A stretch of DNA of 64,000 nucleotides from a virus. The position numbers and the translations under genes were made by a program. How positions within the stretch are numbered: position 1 is the stretch's first letter; the number at the start of each line of letters is the position of its first letter. The stretch is from IMG/VR virus record IMGVR_UViG_3300028840_003924, positions 64,001 through 128,000 of that record. The stretch is one strand, 5' to 3'. The notes beneath the pieces were generated by a model, which was not told the origin of the DNA, did no database searches, and worked only from the letters and a program-made list of their open reading frames with translations. Shown here one piece after another: positions 19,282 to 29,238 of this stretch.

Positions 19282-21024
19282 CTATTGCATTCGTGCGCCG
19301 CTCGCATTACCTCCCAGCAACTTATCCCAGTCAATCGTTGAGCCGGGTGCCGGTAGGGTCAGTTTTAGAGTAGTAGTATACGACCCAGGTTTGATATCAT
19401 GATGTATACCGAAGACATACCACTTGAAGTTACTGAAACTCTCGTTGCAAGTCGAGTTAGCTAAAGACCCGGTGGTACCAGAAGGCACCCACTCCGGGCA
19501 ACCACCAGGAGCCGCAGGGCCAATTTCGGTGCTAATTAAACCACTTGATGTCCGACGAGTTTGAACAGTACCTGCCTGTAAGAAGAATGGGTTGATCACG
19601 ATAAGCGATACATGAGCCTGCTTCATCACAAAAGGATGATCTAAAGTGGGGTCTCCTTGTATTCTCAATTCAGCAGTGATTGGTTCATAATTTCGGTTCG
19701 CTCGGGTATGCTTACTATCCGCCTCCATAACAGCATTTCCAGCATTATCGGTCCCGTGTATTCTCACGGAGCCGTCATCCGCAGCTACAATACTAAGAAG
19801 GCCACCTCGGCTTTCTTCTTGACAAGCATCGTTTAGCTTTGCATCGTTATGATCCTTTTGTTTCAAACCCCTAGCGGTAGTTCTATCATGGTGACCACCC
19901 GTGTTCGCCGCCCACATGAAACTCCACTTAACCTGCGGGTTAAACTCAATTACCGGACTGCAATAACCACCATTGACAATGTACGTACCAAGATGATTAT
20001 TACCAACCTTACCCGTAGCACGACTTACTGTTTCGCTGGGTTTTGGTGACCCGTCTTCCCAAATTGCAATCGTTGGGTCTGGGTCTGTATCATGCCACTC
20101 AAATCGTACACCCTTGTCATTCTTGGTCACGGCCCCAGCCATAGAAATCCAATGCTTCGCAGCTTTGTATGCCGCCAAACCTTTGGAATCATAGGGTCTC
20201 TTGTAATCCTGCTTCCAAAACTCCTTGGCAGTTTTTTGTTCGTGCTTGCCGGTACTTGCATTTCGCCAGTGATATTGAACCTTAGCTGGTGGACAACCCG
20301 CAGCGAACAACTGATCTAAAGCATCTCCTAAGGCAACCGGTTCCTTATCAGTACCAACGATCACGTTAGTGGTACCTTCGAGCCCGATCTTCATCTGGTC
20401 AACAGCTTGCAAAACAAATGTGTAACCCTTGTCGAACTTCACGTCCACCTTAATGAGAAGAAAATGATGAAGGCTGCTCCTACTTTGCTTTTTGGGCGAC
20501 CCCCCATTACAGGTGCTAAACTGCCAGCCAAACTGCACGATCACCTGATACTTCTGGCCAGCCTCCGACATATTACTCATCATCTTGGTGAAAAATTTGT
20601 GGAAAGCACCACCCTCTTCGTCCATAATTGAGATGACGACACCCGAACCGTTATCTTGACCGTATTGAAACGATTTGATTACAGCCTTGTTCTGAAACCG
20701 TCTCGATGATTGATTTGAAACGGATATGGTATCATTCGTTCCCGCTACCCGTACTTCAACCCATGGAGCGAGTACCTCTGCATCAAGGGGCTTCTTTACC
20801 GAACCCTCCTTTCCGTTGGCACTAAATCTCTGGCCGCATGAATAGGATAGGCATGAAAAACTCCCCGATTCCGAACCAAAGGTAAGCGCACCGGCACCAC
20901 CACCAGCCCAATTTGGTGGTCGGTCACCATGATTTACTCCCCATTTATCCGGACCTACGCCACCAGCACCTACCTTACCCCCATTGCCTCTTGCTGCTGC
21001 GCCTCGATTCACGCCATCAACCAT
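19282..21024 (-). CDS. Baseplate hub, gp27/P2 gpD-like
   Basis: VIVQFGW, ELRIQGDPTL, YVFGIHHDIKPGSYTTTLKL; located between gp53-like and gp5-like genes. Confidence 0.7.
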   Translation of the reverse strand: MVDGVNRGAAARGNGGKVGAGGVGPDKWGVNHGDRPPNWAGGGAGALTFGSESGSFSCLSYSCGQRFSANGKEGSVKKPLDAEVLAPWVEVRVAGTNDTISVSNQSSRRFQNKAVIKSFQYGQDNGSGVVISIMDEEGGAFHKFFTKMMSNMSEAGQKYQVIVQFGWQFSTCNGGSPKKQSRSSLHHFLLIKVDVKFDKGYTFVLQAVDQMKIGLEGTTNVIVGTDKEPVALGDALDQLFAAGCPPAKVQYHWRNASTGKHEQKTAKEFWKQDYKRPYDSKGLAAYKAAKHWISMAGAVTKNDKGVRFEWHDTDPDPTIAIWEDGSPKPSETVSRATGKVGNNHLGTYIVNGGYCSPVIEFNPQVKWSFMWAANTGGHHDRTTARGLKQKDHNDAKLNDACQEESRGGLLSIVAADDGSVRIHGTDNAGNAVMEADSKHTRANRNYEPITAELRIQGDPTLDHPFVMKQAHVSLIVINPFFLQAGTVQTRRTSSGLISTEIGPAAPGGCPEWVPSGTTGSLANSTCNESFSNFKWYVFGIHHDIKPGSYTTTLKLTLPAPGSTIDWDKLLGGNASGARMQ

Positions 21025-21032
21025 AATCCTCC

Positions 21033-21362
21033 TTAAAACCCTGTTAATGCCGGAATGCGTATCGTAAGACCAGCTTTGTAATGAAAGACATCACTGAAAC
21101 TATTTGCTTCCATTATCTGCCACCAATAATCCGGTGTGTTGTAAGCGTACAACGAAGTGATGTCGGGCCGGTATTCTTCACCGGGTGTAATGATTGAAAC
21201 CAAATCATCAATAGTAGTCTCTTTTAGCTGCCTCTTGTAAATCTCAAACGTGATAATGCGATCATCGCCCCGCAATAGTACATCGGAACTCATATACCGA
21301 CTTGTCGTTGGTACAAAGTCACTTTGTTGTGCATTTGGTATAACTTCTACAGGAACTGCCAT
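21033..21362 (-). CDS. Baseplate gp53/LysM-like protein
   Basis: YRPDITSLYAYNTPDYWWQIMEAN...GLTIRIP. Confidence 0.85.
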   Translation of the reverse strand: MAVPVEVIPNAQQSDFVPTTSRYMSSDVLLRGDDRIITFEIYKRQLKETTIDDLVSIITPGEEYRPDITSLYAYNTPDYWWQIMEANSFSDVFHYKAGLTIRIPALTGF

Positions 21363-21983
21363 TTACTGTCCTTGTTTTAAGATTCTATCTTGGTTTGGAA
21401 GCGAATTAGTTTGTGACCCAGGCGTAGAAGTGTACACAACGTGCCACGAAGTATTCACTTGGAAGTAGACTGGGTACATGTTTCGGGTATCGATGGGAAC
21501 CCACGCCACATTTGTGGGGTAGCTGACACTGTAATTCTCAAGAACGGCACACACAGTTCCATCTGTACCTGTCGGTGTTCCACCACCAACAGGCCCTCCT
21601 AGCAATGACCCAAATCGCAACTTACAAACAGGAGGGGGTTTATACGGAGTGCCTTCTCTGGGATAAACCGCACTTTGTATCGCCCATAAGTTTGATCGAT
21701 TTTCCTCTAAATCGGTCCACTTAATAGATAAGAAATGTAACCGCACGGTGACAATCCGATTATCGCTATGCGAATACGTTTTAATCGGATTTGAACGACC
21801 AATGATCGAAGTATCCGCATAACTCGCCTTTTTCGTGTCTGTTACTTCGGGGAGAATCTTCAATTCAATAACAACTGGCCCGCCACCGTTACTAGGAACA
21901 CTGATTGTAAAATCCTTGCCTAGTGGTCTTAGATCACCACCAAGTCGCTCCGTGGCTAACGGCAACTGGGTCGACATAACCAT
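21363..21983 (-). CDS. Tail tube initiator (gp48/gp54/CIS-tube-like)
   Basis: IIGRSNPIKTY, YP....PPPVCKLRFG; between tape measure and LysM gene; GAGG RBS. Confidence 0.7.
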   Translation of the reverse strand: MVMSTQLPLATERLGGDLRPLGKDFTISVPSNGGGPVVIELKILPEVTDTKKASYADTSIIGRSNPIKTYSHSDNRIVTVRLHFLSIKWTDLEENRSNLWAIQSAVYPREGTPYKPPPVCKLRFGSLLGGPVGGGTPTGTDGTVCAVLENYSVSYPTNVAWVPIDTRNMYPVYFQVNTSWHVVYTSTPGSQTNSLPNQDRILKQGQ

Positions 21984-22048
21984 AAGTGCCTCATATTTCA
22001 AAAGGAAGGTTTCAGTATATAGGAGCGCCACCGTTCTATTTACCGGGA

Positions 22049-25000
22049 CTAGCCGGGTCGTGGTGGCACGGGTCCGTGGGAGGGCAATGCCGTCCACGCA
22101 CCGTCAGGTTGGCCAAAGCCGTACAGGCTTCCTCTAGGTACTTTTCTAGGCCGGGGGTCCCCCGGCTCGATTTGTGAGTCGTACATATTTGGCGGCGTCT
22201 TGTCGATGAACTCAATGAACCGTCGCAGATCGTCAGCCAACTGCTTCAACCACTTCACCGACTCATCGGTGTTCTTTCGCATACCTTTCAATTCTCGCTT
22301 GGTCGCTTCTGTCTCAGGTTTGGAATCTGCAACTCGCCTCTCTCGCAGCTTGCCGCCCATGGTCTTTGTTGCACCATCTTCACCAGGAACTCTGGGGGAA
22401 ATCATAGTTCCCACTGGTAAACCCGCAGCGCTACCTGTCAATGGAATCACCGACTTGGCACGTTTATCTTCACGGCGTCCCATCTCAGCCCCAACAGCCG
22501 CACCGATAACGGCCCCCACGGGCCCACCAAGAAGCATACCAGCTACAGCCCCTGCCGCACCATACTTAAGCGAGCGAATACCTTTGCTGCTACCTTTCAC
22601 TTCCATTGCTTGGTAACGGAATTGCTGTAATTGTGTTAAATGAATCCTAGTCAATAAGGACACCACCCGTTCGCCAGCGCTTTTCGCTTGACCCGTCTTT
22701 GCTGGGAAGCCGAATATTTCGTTCTTGTCGACCTTGGCTAGTCCGCCCTTTGTAACGACGCCTCCGGTGTCAAGACTCTGAACCTTAGCGATGTTCTTCG
22801 TCGCCTTTTCAAACTCTTGGAGAGACGTACCAAACATTCGTTGGACGTATAGACTCTTTTCCGTTCTATCCTCCATCGCTCGTATTTGTGACACCTCTCG
22901 TGCAGTAGGTGCGGTGAACCCTCTTTGAGCAAAAATGTCTTTCTTGCGACGAGTCGATTTGTCTTTCGCCTTATCTCCGGTGACGAATAAATTGGCTATC
23001 CATTTAGTCCAACTTCCCTGTGGTCCGAGATGCTTCTTGAAAACGCCAAATGTTAAAGCATTAAGCCCTCCCGTAGCTAACCCCGCAGCCCCAGCAGTAA
23101 GCCTCATCCCGGTAGTTACCTTCTCTTGTTCTACGCCGAAAATATCAGCAGCGTTAGCAGCGGCACCGAAAGCATTAGTAATCTGGCCTATGGGACCGGG
23201 TATCCTTTGCAAAACATTCGTGATCGAGTCGGCATTATCCACAAACCATTTCCGTAACGGAGACCCCTCTTTAGTTGCAATCTTATAGATTTGTCCACCG
23301 GCACCCAATGCTGCGCCAATAGCAGTACCAATTCCGGGCGCAATCATAGTTCCGATCAATGCTCCTGAGGCGGCTGCGCCACCAACACCAATAGCTTCAT
23401 TCAACGCCGTTCCTTGTTTTGCCCCAACCATCGAACCAAGCATACTTTCGGTGCGAGTACCTCCGGTAAGTACACCAAGTACTGCCGATTCGATCTTTCC
23501 CCCTACGCCCTCACCCTTTGCCAAACCAACTCTCTGGGCCTCAGCTTTTTCAATCTCAGCTTGTGTGGCACCTTGTTCACGGAGTAATTTAACCCGTTCA
23601 TTAGCTGCGTTGGCTTCCATCACGCCCATCGCACCGCCCATAACCGCCATCATTGCCGGACCCAGGTATTTCAGCGTAGCCCCAGCAACGCCCTTCACAG
23701 CAGCCCCAGCCCCTAGTTTTTGTGCTGTAGCCAAACCTTTAGTAGAACCGCCGACTAGTTGTAAACCCCCGGCACCGGCACCGGCTCCACCTAACCTTTG
23801 TGCTGTCATCAAACCTTTGGTAGAACCACCAACTAATTGTAATCCACCACCGCCACCTCGAATCATAGTTCCTGTTTTCAAACCCGCAGCGCTACCTGCC
23901 AACGGAATCACCGACTTAGCAGCACCGCCGCCTCTAATCATAGTTCCTACTGGTAAACCCGCAGCGGTACCTGCCAATGGGATTACAGACCTAGCGCCAC
24001 CCATAGCACGGGCTCCACCAGCAACACCAGCAACACGACCAACCCGACCCATACCACGACCACCTAAGGCACTCGACAAAGATATTTGCCTTAACAGCCC
24101 GATCATAGTCATTCGTTGAATCCTACCTTGCATATCATTCGTGTAGATGCTACCGGGTGTAGACGCCTTCAGGAACAAGCCCCTTACGCTCATACCCATC
24201 TCTCTCACGACTGGCATCAAACCCCAGAGGAATCGGGCGAGGGCAATACCTTGCAACACTAAAGTCGAAAGGGAACCAACCATAATCCCTAATGGCGCTA
24301 GCCATATTGCCATTTTTGACATCCACCAACCAAATGAATCTTGCAACATACCCTGGATTCTATTAAGGTACCTAGCTGAACGTTCTGTGGGGTTTTGTAA
24401 TGACTGAGCAGCCATTTCCGATTTCGATATAGAATTATCGATAGCCTCCCTCAAGTCACCTAACTGCTTCTCTCGCTTTTGCGGATTCTGTATCGCCATG
24501 ATTCTGCTAAGGTTCTCAGGTGTGAATTGGTCAACTTCACCAACCTCACCCGCCCACGCACCTGCGGCCATAGCAGCGTCACGAGCTTGTTGTGCTGCTG
24601 CCATTTGGGCTTCCATACCCATCCGCTGAACAGCCTCTTGGCGATCCGCAGCGGAAATCCTCGAAAGATGTGCCCTCGCCTCAGTCTCACTACCGAACTT
24701 ATTTTGCTCTACCAACAGTGTCGCCAACGAATCAACCGAGTTGGTGAAGCCTTTATCCATGGCTTTAGATGCTTCGGCGAACATGAGAGATGCTCTTTCT
24801 AAATCGAGATTCGCCTTTTCAACATCAGTCATATACTTGGTACGCTTCTCTTCAAGCTCCTTCAAACGATCAGCAAAACTCATATTTGCTCTATTGGCAG
24901 CTTCCTGTATCGTACCCAGCTTTCCGACACTCATCTTAAAGGTTGCTTGGGCTTGTAAATCTAATTGCGAAATGAGTGCAGAAGCTTCTTTGTATTCGGT

Positions 25001-26923
25001 AGTATGTCTCCCAAACTTTTCAGTGACCTTGAATAGATCGTTGATGTTAGCAACTTCGAGACGCCTGTCTCCTAATGATTGGGAGAATCGTCGACCAAAA
25101 TCGGTAATCTGACTACCGAAATACTCATCAATGACCTCTCCTCTTTTTTCAAATAGTTGTTCCATGAGGTCTTCACTTCGACCTACTACTCCACTTGCAA
25201 TTTCCTCAAAAGTGAAACCAGCCTTCTCACCAGCCTTTAGAAGCAAAAGGGCTGTCCCAGGACCCTGTTGTAACGCCTTGATGAAATTGTCACTTCCTTT
25301 AGTTAGGAGGTCCAACGACTCACCCATTTCACCTTCGACACCAAGTTTCTGCGCCTCTCCTACCAATCTACTCAAATGACCCGCTGCTTCAGCGGACTCT
25401 CCCCCTATATCACGCAAGTTGATAAGCAACTTTTCGGTAGCCTTGGCAGCTTCAAGTAAGTTCTCACCCACGAGGCCGGTAGTCTTCGCAGTATGTTGGA
25501 TTTCCCGGTTTACCATGCCCATCTCTGTGGTGCTGAGCTTCAAGTGCATTTTCCACTTCCGCATCATCTCGGCGGTTTGCTCAGCATCGGAATTTATCAT
25601 GGTTGAAAGTTTAAGAGCCCCTAGTGCCATCTTGTTGGCCACCTTAGCATCTTTGATACCGGCACGAACTATCTTGGTACGGGTCTTCAGTACCGTGTTA
25701 TAGTCTTTGCCAGTTCGATAGATTGCTTCCCTCGAAAGCACGGAGCGTTCAATATCCGAACTCAATTCACCTTGCACAAATCTTGTTAGTCTAATCTCAC
25801 GCAGATATTCAGCTTGACTCTTTATGGCCTTCTCAACACTGAAAGCTCCCTCTATATCAACAGCAATAAGAGCCGCTGTCCATTTTCGGACACCCTCGTC
25901 CAGTCCTTTGAGAATTTCTTCCCATCTCGATGCGACTATTGTTTGTGTCCTCGAATGGACTAAGGCTAATTCATTGGCTTTTTCGAGGTGATCAAGATAT
26001 GCCTTCATGGCCTGATCACGATTTTCACCCTCATCGGACATAGCAAGCTGATTTTCAAGATGCTTCAGTTGAGCCTTATGTCGCTTACTGTAGAATTGTT
26101 CTAATTGGCTGGAGAGAACGATAGCTTTCTTCTGACTCTCATTAGTGTCTTTGTGATCACCCAGCCAATCCGCAAGAATTTTCTTGGTTATGCTTTTTGA
26201 TTGGTTTAATCTTGCGATATGAAGTTGAAGTGCCTTATTCCATTTCTCCATACCATCCGCAGCCAGCATTTCCTGCTCTAGGACTTCTTCATGAGTACCC
26301 TTAAACTCCTCCATCAAATCATTAGCTTCCTCCATACTGGCTGTGCTAACGGCACCGGTTAAGACATCCGCAGGTGTCGGAGTTGGCCCAGCGGGTGCCC
26401 CTCCAGGTTTCGGCCTACCTGGGGCCGATGCTGCCATGCTGGCACTGAGTTCGCCGAACTTGCTTTGAAGTTGACCTAGGAGCTTAACCATCTCCTCGGC
26501 GAGCTTTTCAAGTCCTTTGTTCTTCGTAGCAACAGTATGCTCAGATGCAAGATTAGCAAGCCCCCTTGCAGCGTCTTTCCCTAATGCTTTCTCCACACCC
26601 TTTTCAACACTCGCTTCCACATCACTTATAGAGAGGTCTTTGATCGCTGTACTTTTCTTACTAGGGGCTCGAAGCTCCAAACTTTTGGCCATTTCCATGG
26701 TCTTCTTCTGGGCCTTTTCCAAGTCTTCGAGCTTCTTGTTCATACCCTCGACGGCCTTCACAGCCTCGCCCATAGTCTTAGTCAGTTCTTCATTTTGCTT
26801 CTGCCCCTTCTCCATACTATCGGTGAGTTTTTTGACAATCTCAGACTCCTTAGACCTTCCTGTCGGGCCTAATAAATCCTGACGACTCAATGTCACTTCT
26901 TCTCCACGATAGTCAGTTGGCAT
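22049..26923 (-). CDS. Tail tape measure protein (1624 aa)
   Basis: Long helical Ala/Gly-rich ORF, hydrophobic stretches, PGIGTAIGAALG and TGGVV motifs; canonical gene position. Confidence 0.85.
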   Translation of the reverse strand: MPTDYRGEEVTLSRQDLLGPTGRSKESEIVKKLTDSMEKGQKQNEELTKTMGEAVKAVEGMNKKLEDLEKAQKKTMEMAKSLELRAPSKKSTAIKDLSISDVEASVEKGVEKALGKDAARGLANLASEHTVATKNKGLEKLAEEMVKLLGQLQSKFGELSASMAASAPGRPKPGGAPAGPTPTPADVLTGAVSTASMEEANDLMEEFKGTHEEVLEQEMLAADGMEKWNKALQLHIARLNQSKSITKKILADWLGDHKDTNESQKKAIVLSSQLEQFYSKRHKAQLKHLENQLAMSDEGENRDQAMKAYLDHLEKANELALVHSRTQTIVASRWEEILKGLDEGVRKWTAALIAVDIEGAFSVEKAIKSQAEYLREIRLTRFVQGELSSDIERSVLSREAIYRTGKDYNTVLKTRTKIVRAGIKDAKVANKMALGALKLSTMINSDAEQTAEMMRKWKMHLKLSTTEMGMVNREIQHTAKTTGLVGENLLEAAKATEKLLINLRDIGGESAEAAGHLSRLVGEAQKLGVEGEMGESLDLLTKGSDNFIKALQQGPGTALLLLKAGEKAGFTFEEIASGVVGRSEDLMEQLFEKRGEVIDEYFGSQITDFGRRFSQSLGDRRLEVANINDLFKVTEKFGRHTTEYKEASALISQLDLQAQATFKMSVGKLGTIQEAANRANMSFADRLKELEEKRTKYMTDVEKANLDLERASLMFAEASKAMDKGFTNSVDSLATLLVEQNKFGSETEARAHLSRISAADRQEAVQRMGMEAQMAAAQQARDAAMAAGAWAGEVGEVDQFTPENLSRIMAIQNPQKREKQLGDLREAIDNSISKSEMAAQSLQNPTERSARYLNRIQGMLQDSFGWWMSKMAIWLAPLGIMVGSLSTLVLQGIALARFLWGLMPVVREMGMSVRGLFLKASTPGSIYTNDMQGRIQRMTMIGLLRQISLSSALGGRGMGRVGRVAGVAGGARAMGGARSVIPLAGTAAGLPVGTMIRGGGAAKSVIPLAGSAAGLKTGTMIRGGGGGLQLVGGSTKGLMTAQRLGGAGAGAGGLQLVGGSTKGLATAQKLGAGAAVKGVAGATLKYLGPAMMAVMGGAMGVMEANAANERVKLLREQGATQAEIEKAEAQRVGLAKGEGVGGKIESAVLGVLTGGTRTESMLGSMVGAKQGTALNEAIGVGGAAASGALIGTMIAPGIGTAIGAALGAGGQIYKIATKEGSPLRKWFVDNADSITNVLQRIPGPIGQITNAFGAAANAADIFGVEQEKVTTGMRLTAGAAGLATGGLNALTFGVFKKHLGPQGSWTKWIANLFVTGDKAKDKSTRRKKDIFAQRGFTAPTAREVSQIRAMEDRTEKSLYVQRMFGTSLQEFEKATKNIAKVQSLDTGGVVTKGGLAKVDKNEIFGFPAKTGQAKSAGERVVSLLTRIHLTQLQQFRYQAMEVKGSSKGIRSLKYGAAGAVAGMLLGGPVGAVIGAAVGAEMGRREDKRAKSVIPLTGSAAGLPVGTMISPRVPGEDGATKTMGGKLRERRVADSKPETEATKRELKGMRKNTDESVKWLKQLADDLRRFIEFIDKTPPNMYDSQIEPGDPRPRKVPRGSLYGFGQPDGAWTALPSHGPVPPRPG
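22400..23990 (-). repeat. Three ~57-nt copies (SVIPLxGxAAGLxxGTMI) and two GLQLVGGSTKGL copies inside the tape measure
   Basis: Copies at about 22400-22456, 23861-23917 and 23936-23990; second unit at about 23730-23770 and 23810-23848. Confidence 0.9.
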
Positions 26924-26931
26924 AAGTTATT

Positions 26932-27579
26932 CTACGCTCCCATAGGTGGCCGTGTGGCGGGCGTTCCTGGTATTGTTGCTGGGCGTGGAGCGGTAGGAGG
27001 TATTCCTGGTTTAGCTCCTGGCACTGGCGTTGCAGCACCCCGTGCCATTTCTTCGGCAGTTGGGTTTACTTGTCGCTGGAGTTGTTGTCGGATCATATCT
27101 CGTATCAGCTTCATTTCCTGCGGGTTCGTGCGGGTTCGACCTTCAAGACTCGGTAATAACTGGGTACGTATCTGATTGCAGTCGAGAAAGTGAATCTTCC
27201 GAAGGCCGATTTTCTTATACGTCCGAAAAGCGTTAACTATATAGGGATCGGGTTTGATGAATTTGTAGTCAAACTGACTGTTCCCGCAGTAGGTCAAAAT
27301 CAAATTGCGGACGTAGTTGTACGTCAGGTAGTGGAGATTGACACCTTTAATCCGATCTGGTAAAACCCTCGTCACAAGAATCAGTGGACTGGCATCATGT
27401 TTCCAGAACAGGTACTGACAACTAACGAGTGTCCCCCGCTGTAACCGGTTGATTGGCATGAACGGTAGCCAGTTCAATAGCCTTGAAAAGAAGCCGGGTT
27501 GTTGTTGCGGTTGCGGCTTTTGTGCCTGCCGACCAAAAAGTGCTGGTTGTTTTCCTTCAGGTCTACCAAAAAGTGGCAT
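26932..27579 (-). CDS. DNA end protector protein, T4 gp2-like
   Basis: HDASPLILV...KGVNLHYL and AFRTYK resemble the gp2 family signature; Pro-rich tail. Confidence 0.6.
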   Translation of the reverse strand: MPLFGRPEGKQPALFGRQAQKPQPQQQPGFFSRLLNWLPFMPINRLQRGTLVSCQYLFWKHDASPLILVTRVLPDRIKGVNLHYLTYNYVRNLILTYCGNSQFDYKFIKPDPYIVNAFRTYKKIGLRKIHFLDCNQIRTQLLPSLEGRTRTNPQEMKLIRDMIRQQLQRQVNPTAEEMARGAATPVPGAKPGIPPTAPRPATIPGTPATRPPMGA

Positions 27580-27609
27580 GTTCTCTCCGGATGAGCGTAC
27601 ATACTACAT

Positions 27610-27870
27610 ATGAGAGACTACGACCAATTCTTTGAAGCGAAAACCACTGACACTCGATATATGAATGCGATTGTTTCGCTTGCCGCAGCAATAGCCGGGG
27701 TCTTCAAACGCTACTCCAGAGGCACCCGCAAGACGGCTTGGCGGGCAATATCAACTGGTCAGGGCAAAAAGGAAGTTGAAAGGTTGCTCCTCAACCCAGA
27801 CCTTCCCGTCACGAGGTTCCGAAGGATCACGAGGCGAAACTTCAAGGAATGGATGGCCGAGGAGCGTTAA
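27610..27870 (+). CDS. Hypothetical protein, possible internal head protein
   Basis: MRDYDQFFEA N-terminus, NFKEWMAE C-terminus; TACATA just upstream. Confidence 0.55.
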   Translation: MRDYDQFFEAKTTDTRYMNAIVSLAAAIAGVFKRYSRGTRKTAWRAISTGQGKKEVERLLLNPDLPVTRFRRITRRNFKEWMAEER

Positions 27871-27954
27871 TTCCCCCTCTTATGCGGTATGAACTACCAC
27901 TAAAGTAGTAAGATAAACCGTATTTTCCGAATTTTTGCCAAATTGGACATTGGG

Positions 27955-27966
27955 TTGTGCTATACT
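27955..27966 (+). promoter_or_regulatory. Extended -10 promoter candidate TTGTGCTATACT
   Basis: TGnTATACT in an intergenic gap; identical 12-mer at 34787. Confidence 0.55.
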
Positions 27967-28007
27967 CCTAGTGGAAGAGTAAACAAATCCTCTACTGGAG
28001 ACAAACA

Positions 28008-28760
28008 ATGTTCACCGCACGCAACAATGACGCTCCCTTCCCTGGTGCCGAAGCGGGGAAAGTCGCCGACAACATCGTCCACTTCCTTCGTGGTATAATC
28101 ATCCTGGGTGTCCTCGTGATCGGCATCCCACTGTCGATAGTGATCACGTTCTCTCGAAGTGCCATTCTCCGAGTGTGCAATGACACGACTGTGCGCATCG
28201 TGGAACTCAACCCGAACCTCTACAAGGTAAGCGAATACCCGCTTCTCGAATCCGAAGACACACCCTGTTACGCCATCGTTGGTTCCTATGAGGAAGCCGA
28301 AGACTGGTTGTTAGAACGAGGCTACCACTGTCGAACAATAACAACCCGCTACACAGGCGATTGGCACAAATACAACAACACGGCAGACAAGACATTCGCC
28401 GTCAAAGGTGAACCGGGCTCTCCGTATGAGTCCGTGATCATGCTAATCACAGATTACGGTGATGATTACCCCCACTTTGTTCCTTTCCGCTACGAGGAAA
28501 AGGAACAGCCAGTGGACTTCGCACGTTTTCATCGGACACCGATTGACGTGAACACAGCGTTTGAGCTTGGTTACTACTCAACGCACTTCGATGATCCCGG
28601 CTGGTTTCTCCGGTGTACAGGCGCAGTGGAATGGCCAAGAGGAATCTACTATGCCGAAACTTACGAAGAGGAAAACGAAGAGATCGCCAAGCAAGCTGCT
28701 TTCACAACGGCTAACCGAGAGGCATCTCTCGAAGATAAGCTAAACCTTATCGATTTTTGA
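28008..28760 (+). CDS. Hypothetical single-pass membrane protein
   Basis: GGAG RBS; hydrophobic segment GIIILGVLVIGIPLSIVITF. Confidence 0.7.
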   Translation: MFTARNNDAPFPGAEAGKVADNIVHFLRGIIILGVLVIGIPLSIVITFSRSAILRVCNDTTVRIVELNPNLYKVSEYPLLESEDTPCYAIVGSYEEAEDWLLERGYHCRTITTRYTGDWHKYNNTADKTFAVKGEPGSPYESVIMLITDYGDDYPHFVPFRYEEKEQPVDFARFHRTPIDVNTAFELGYYSTHFDDPGWFLRCTGAVEWPRGIYYAETYEEENEEIAKQAAFTTANREASLEDKLNLIDF

Positions 28761-29238
28761 TGTCATAGACTTGGTTTGCGTAGTCAGTGCCAGTAGACCT
28801 CATCTTCACCGACCCCATGGGATCAATTATGGGGTTTTCTTTTTCGGCTTTCGCTGATCGCTCGAAGAACTCTTTCAACTCTTGAACGATAGCCTGGACA
28901 ATCTCCTCACCCTTCTTCTGGTCGTCCATATCATCTTCACCCAAGAGGTCTTCAAACATCTTCTCAACCGGAACGGCATAAGCTCTTCCATAAGGTTCGG
29001 TGTCCTGACGATTTTGAATACGATAAGCTACCTCGCCACCAATCTCGTACATACGCACGCCCTCAAACGGGAGGTTGAAATCAGCAGGGTTCTTGATAAA
29101 CAGGTGCGGGTCACCACCTGATTTCAACTGGTCTACCACCTCAAAACCGCCCTTTTCAAGGACTCGCTTAACGAGGTCCAGGTGCTTACGAGATTCACGT
29201 TCCTTTTTGTCTACAAACTCTTGAAATTGCATTAACAC
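28747..29238 (-). CDS. Hypothetical protein
   Basis: 163-aa ORF, GGAGG RBS, N-terminal QFQEFV. Confidence 0.7.
   Translation of the reverse strand: MLMQFQEFVDKKERESRKHLDLVKRVLEKGGFEVVDQLKSGGDPHLFIKNPADFNLPFEGVRMYEIGGEVAYRIQNRQDTEPYGRAYAVPVEKMFEDLLGEDDMDDQKKGEEIVQAIVQELKEFFERSAKAEKENPIIDPMGSVKMRSTGTDYANQVYDIKNR

Noticed and set aside
11330-22097. Bacterial eCIS/T6SS locus instead of a phage
   Set aside because: The long tape measure, gp2-like protein, GroES, homing endonuclease and dense small-gene region indicate a phage genome
22200-26882. Multiple plus-strand ORFs opposite the tape measure
   Set aside because: Antisense frames lacking RBS or motifs; the same applies to most nested ORFs in the track
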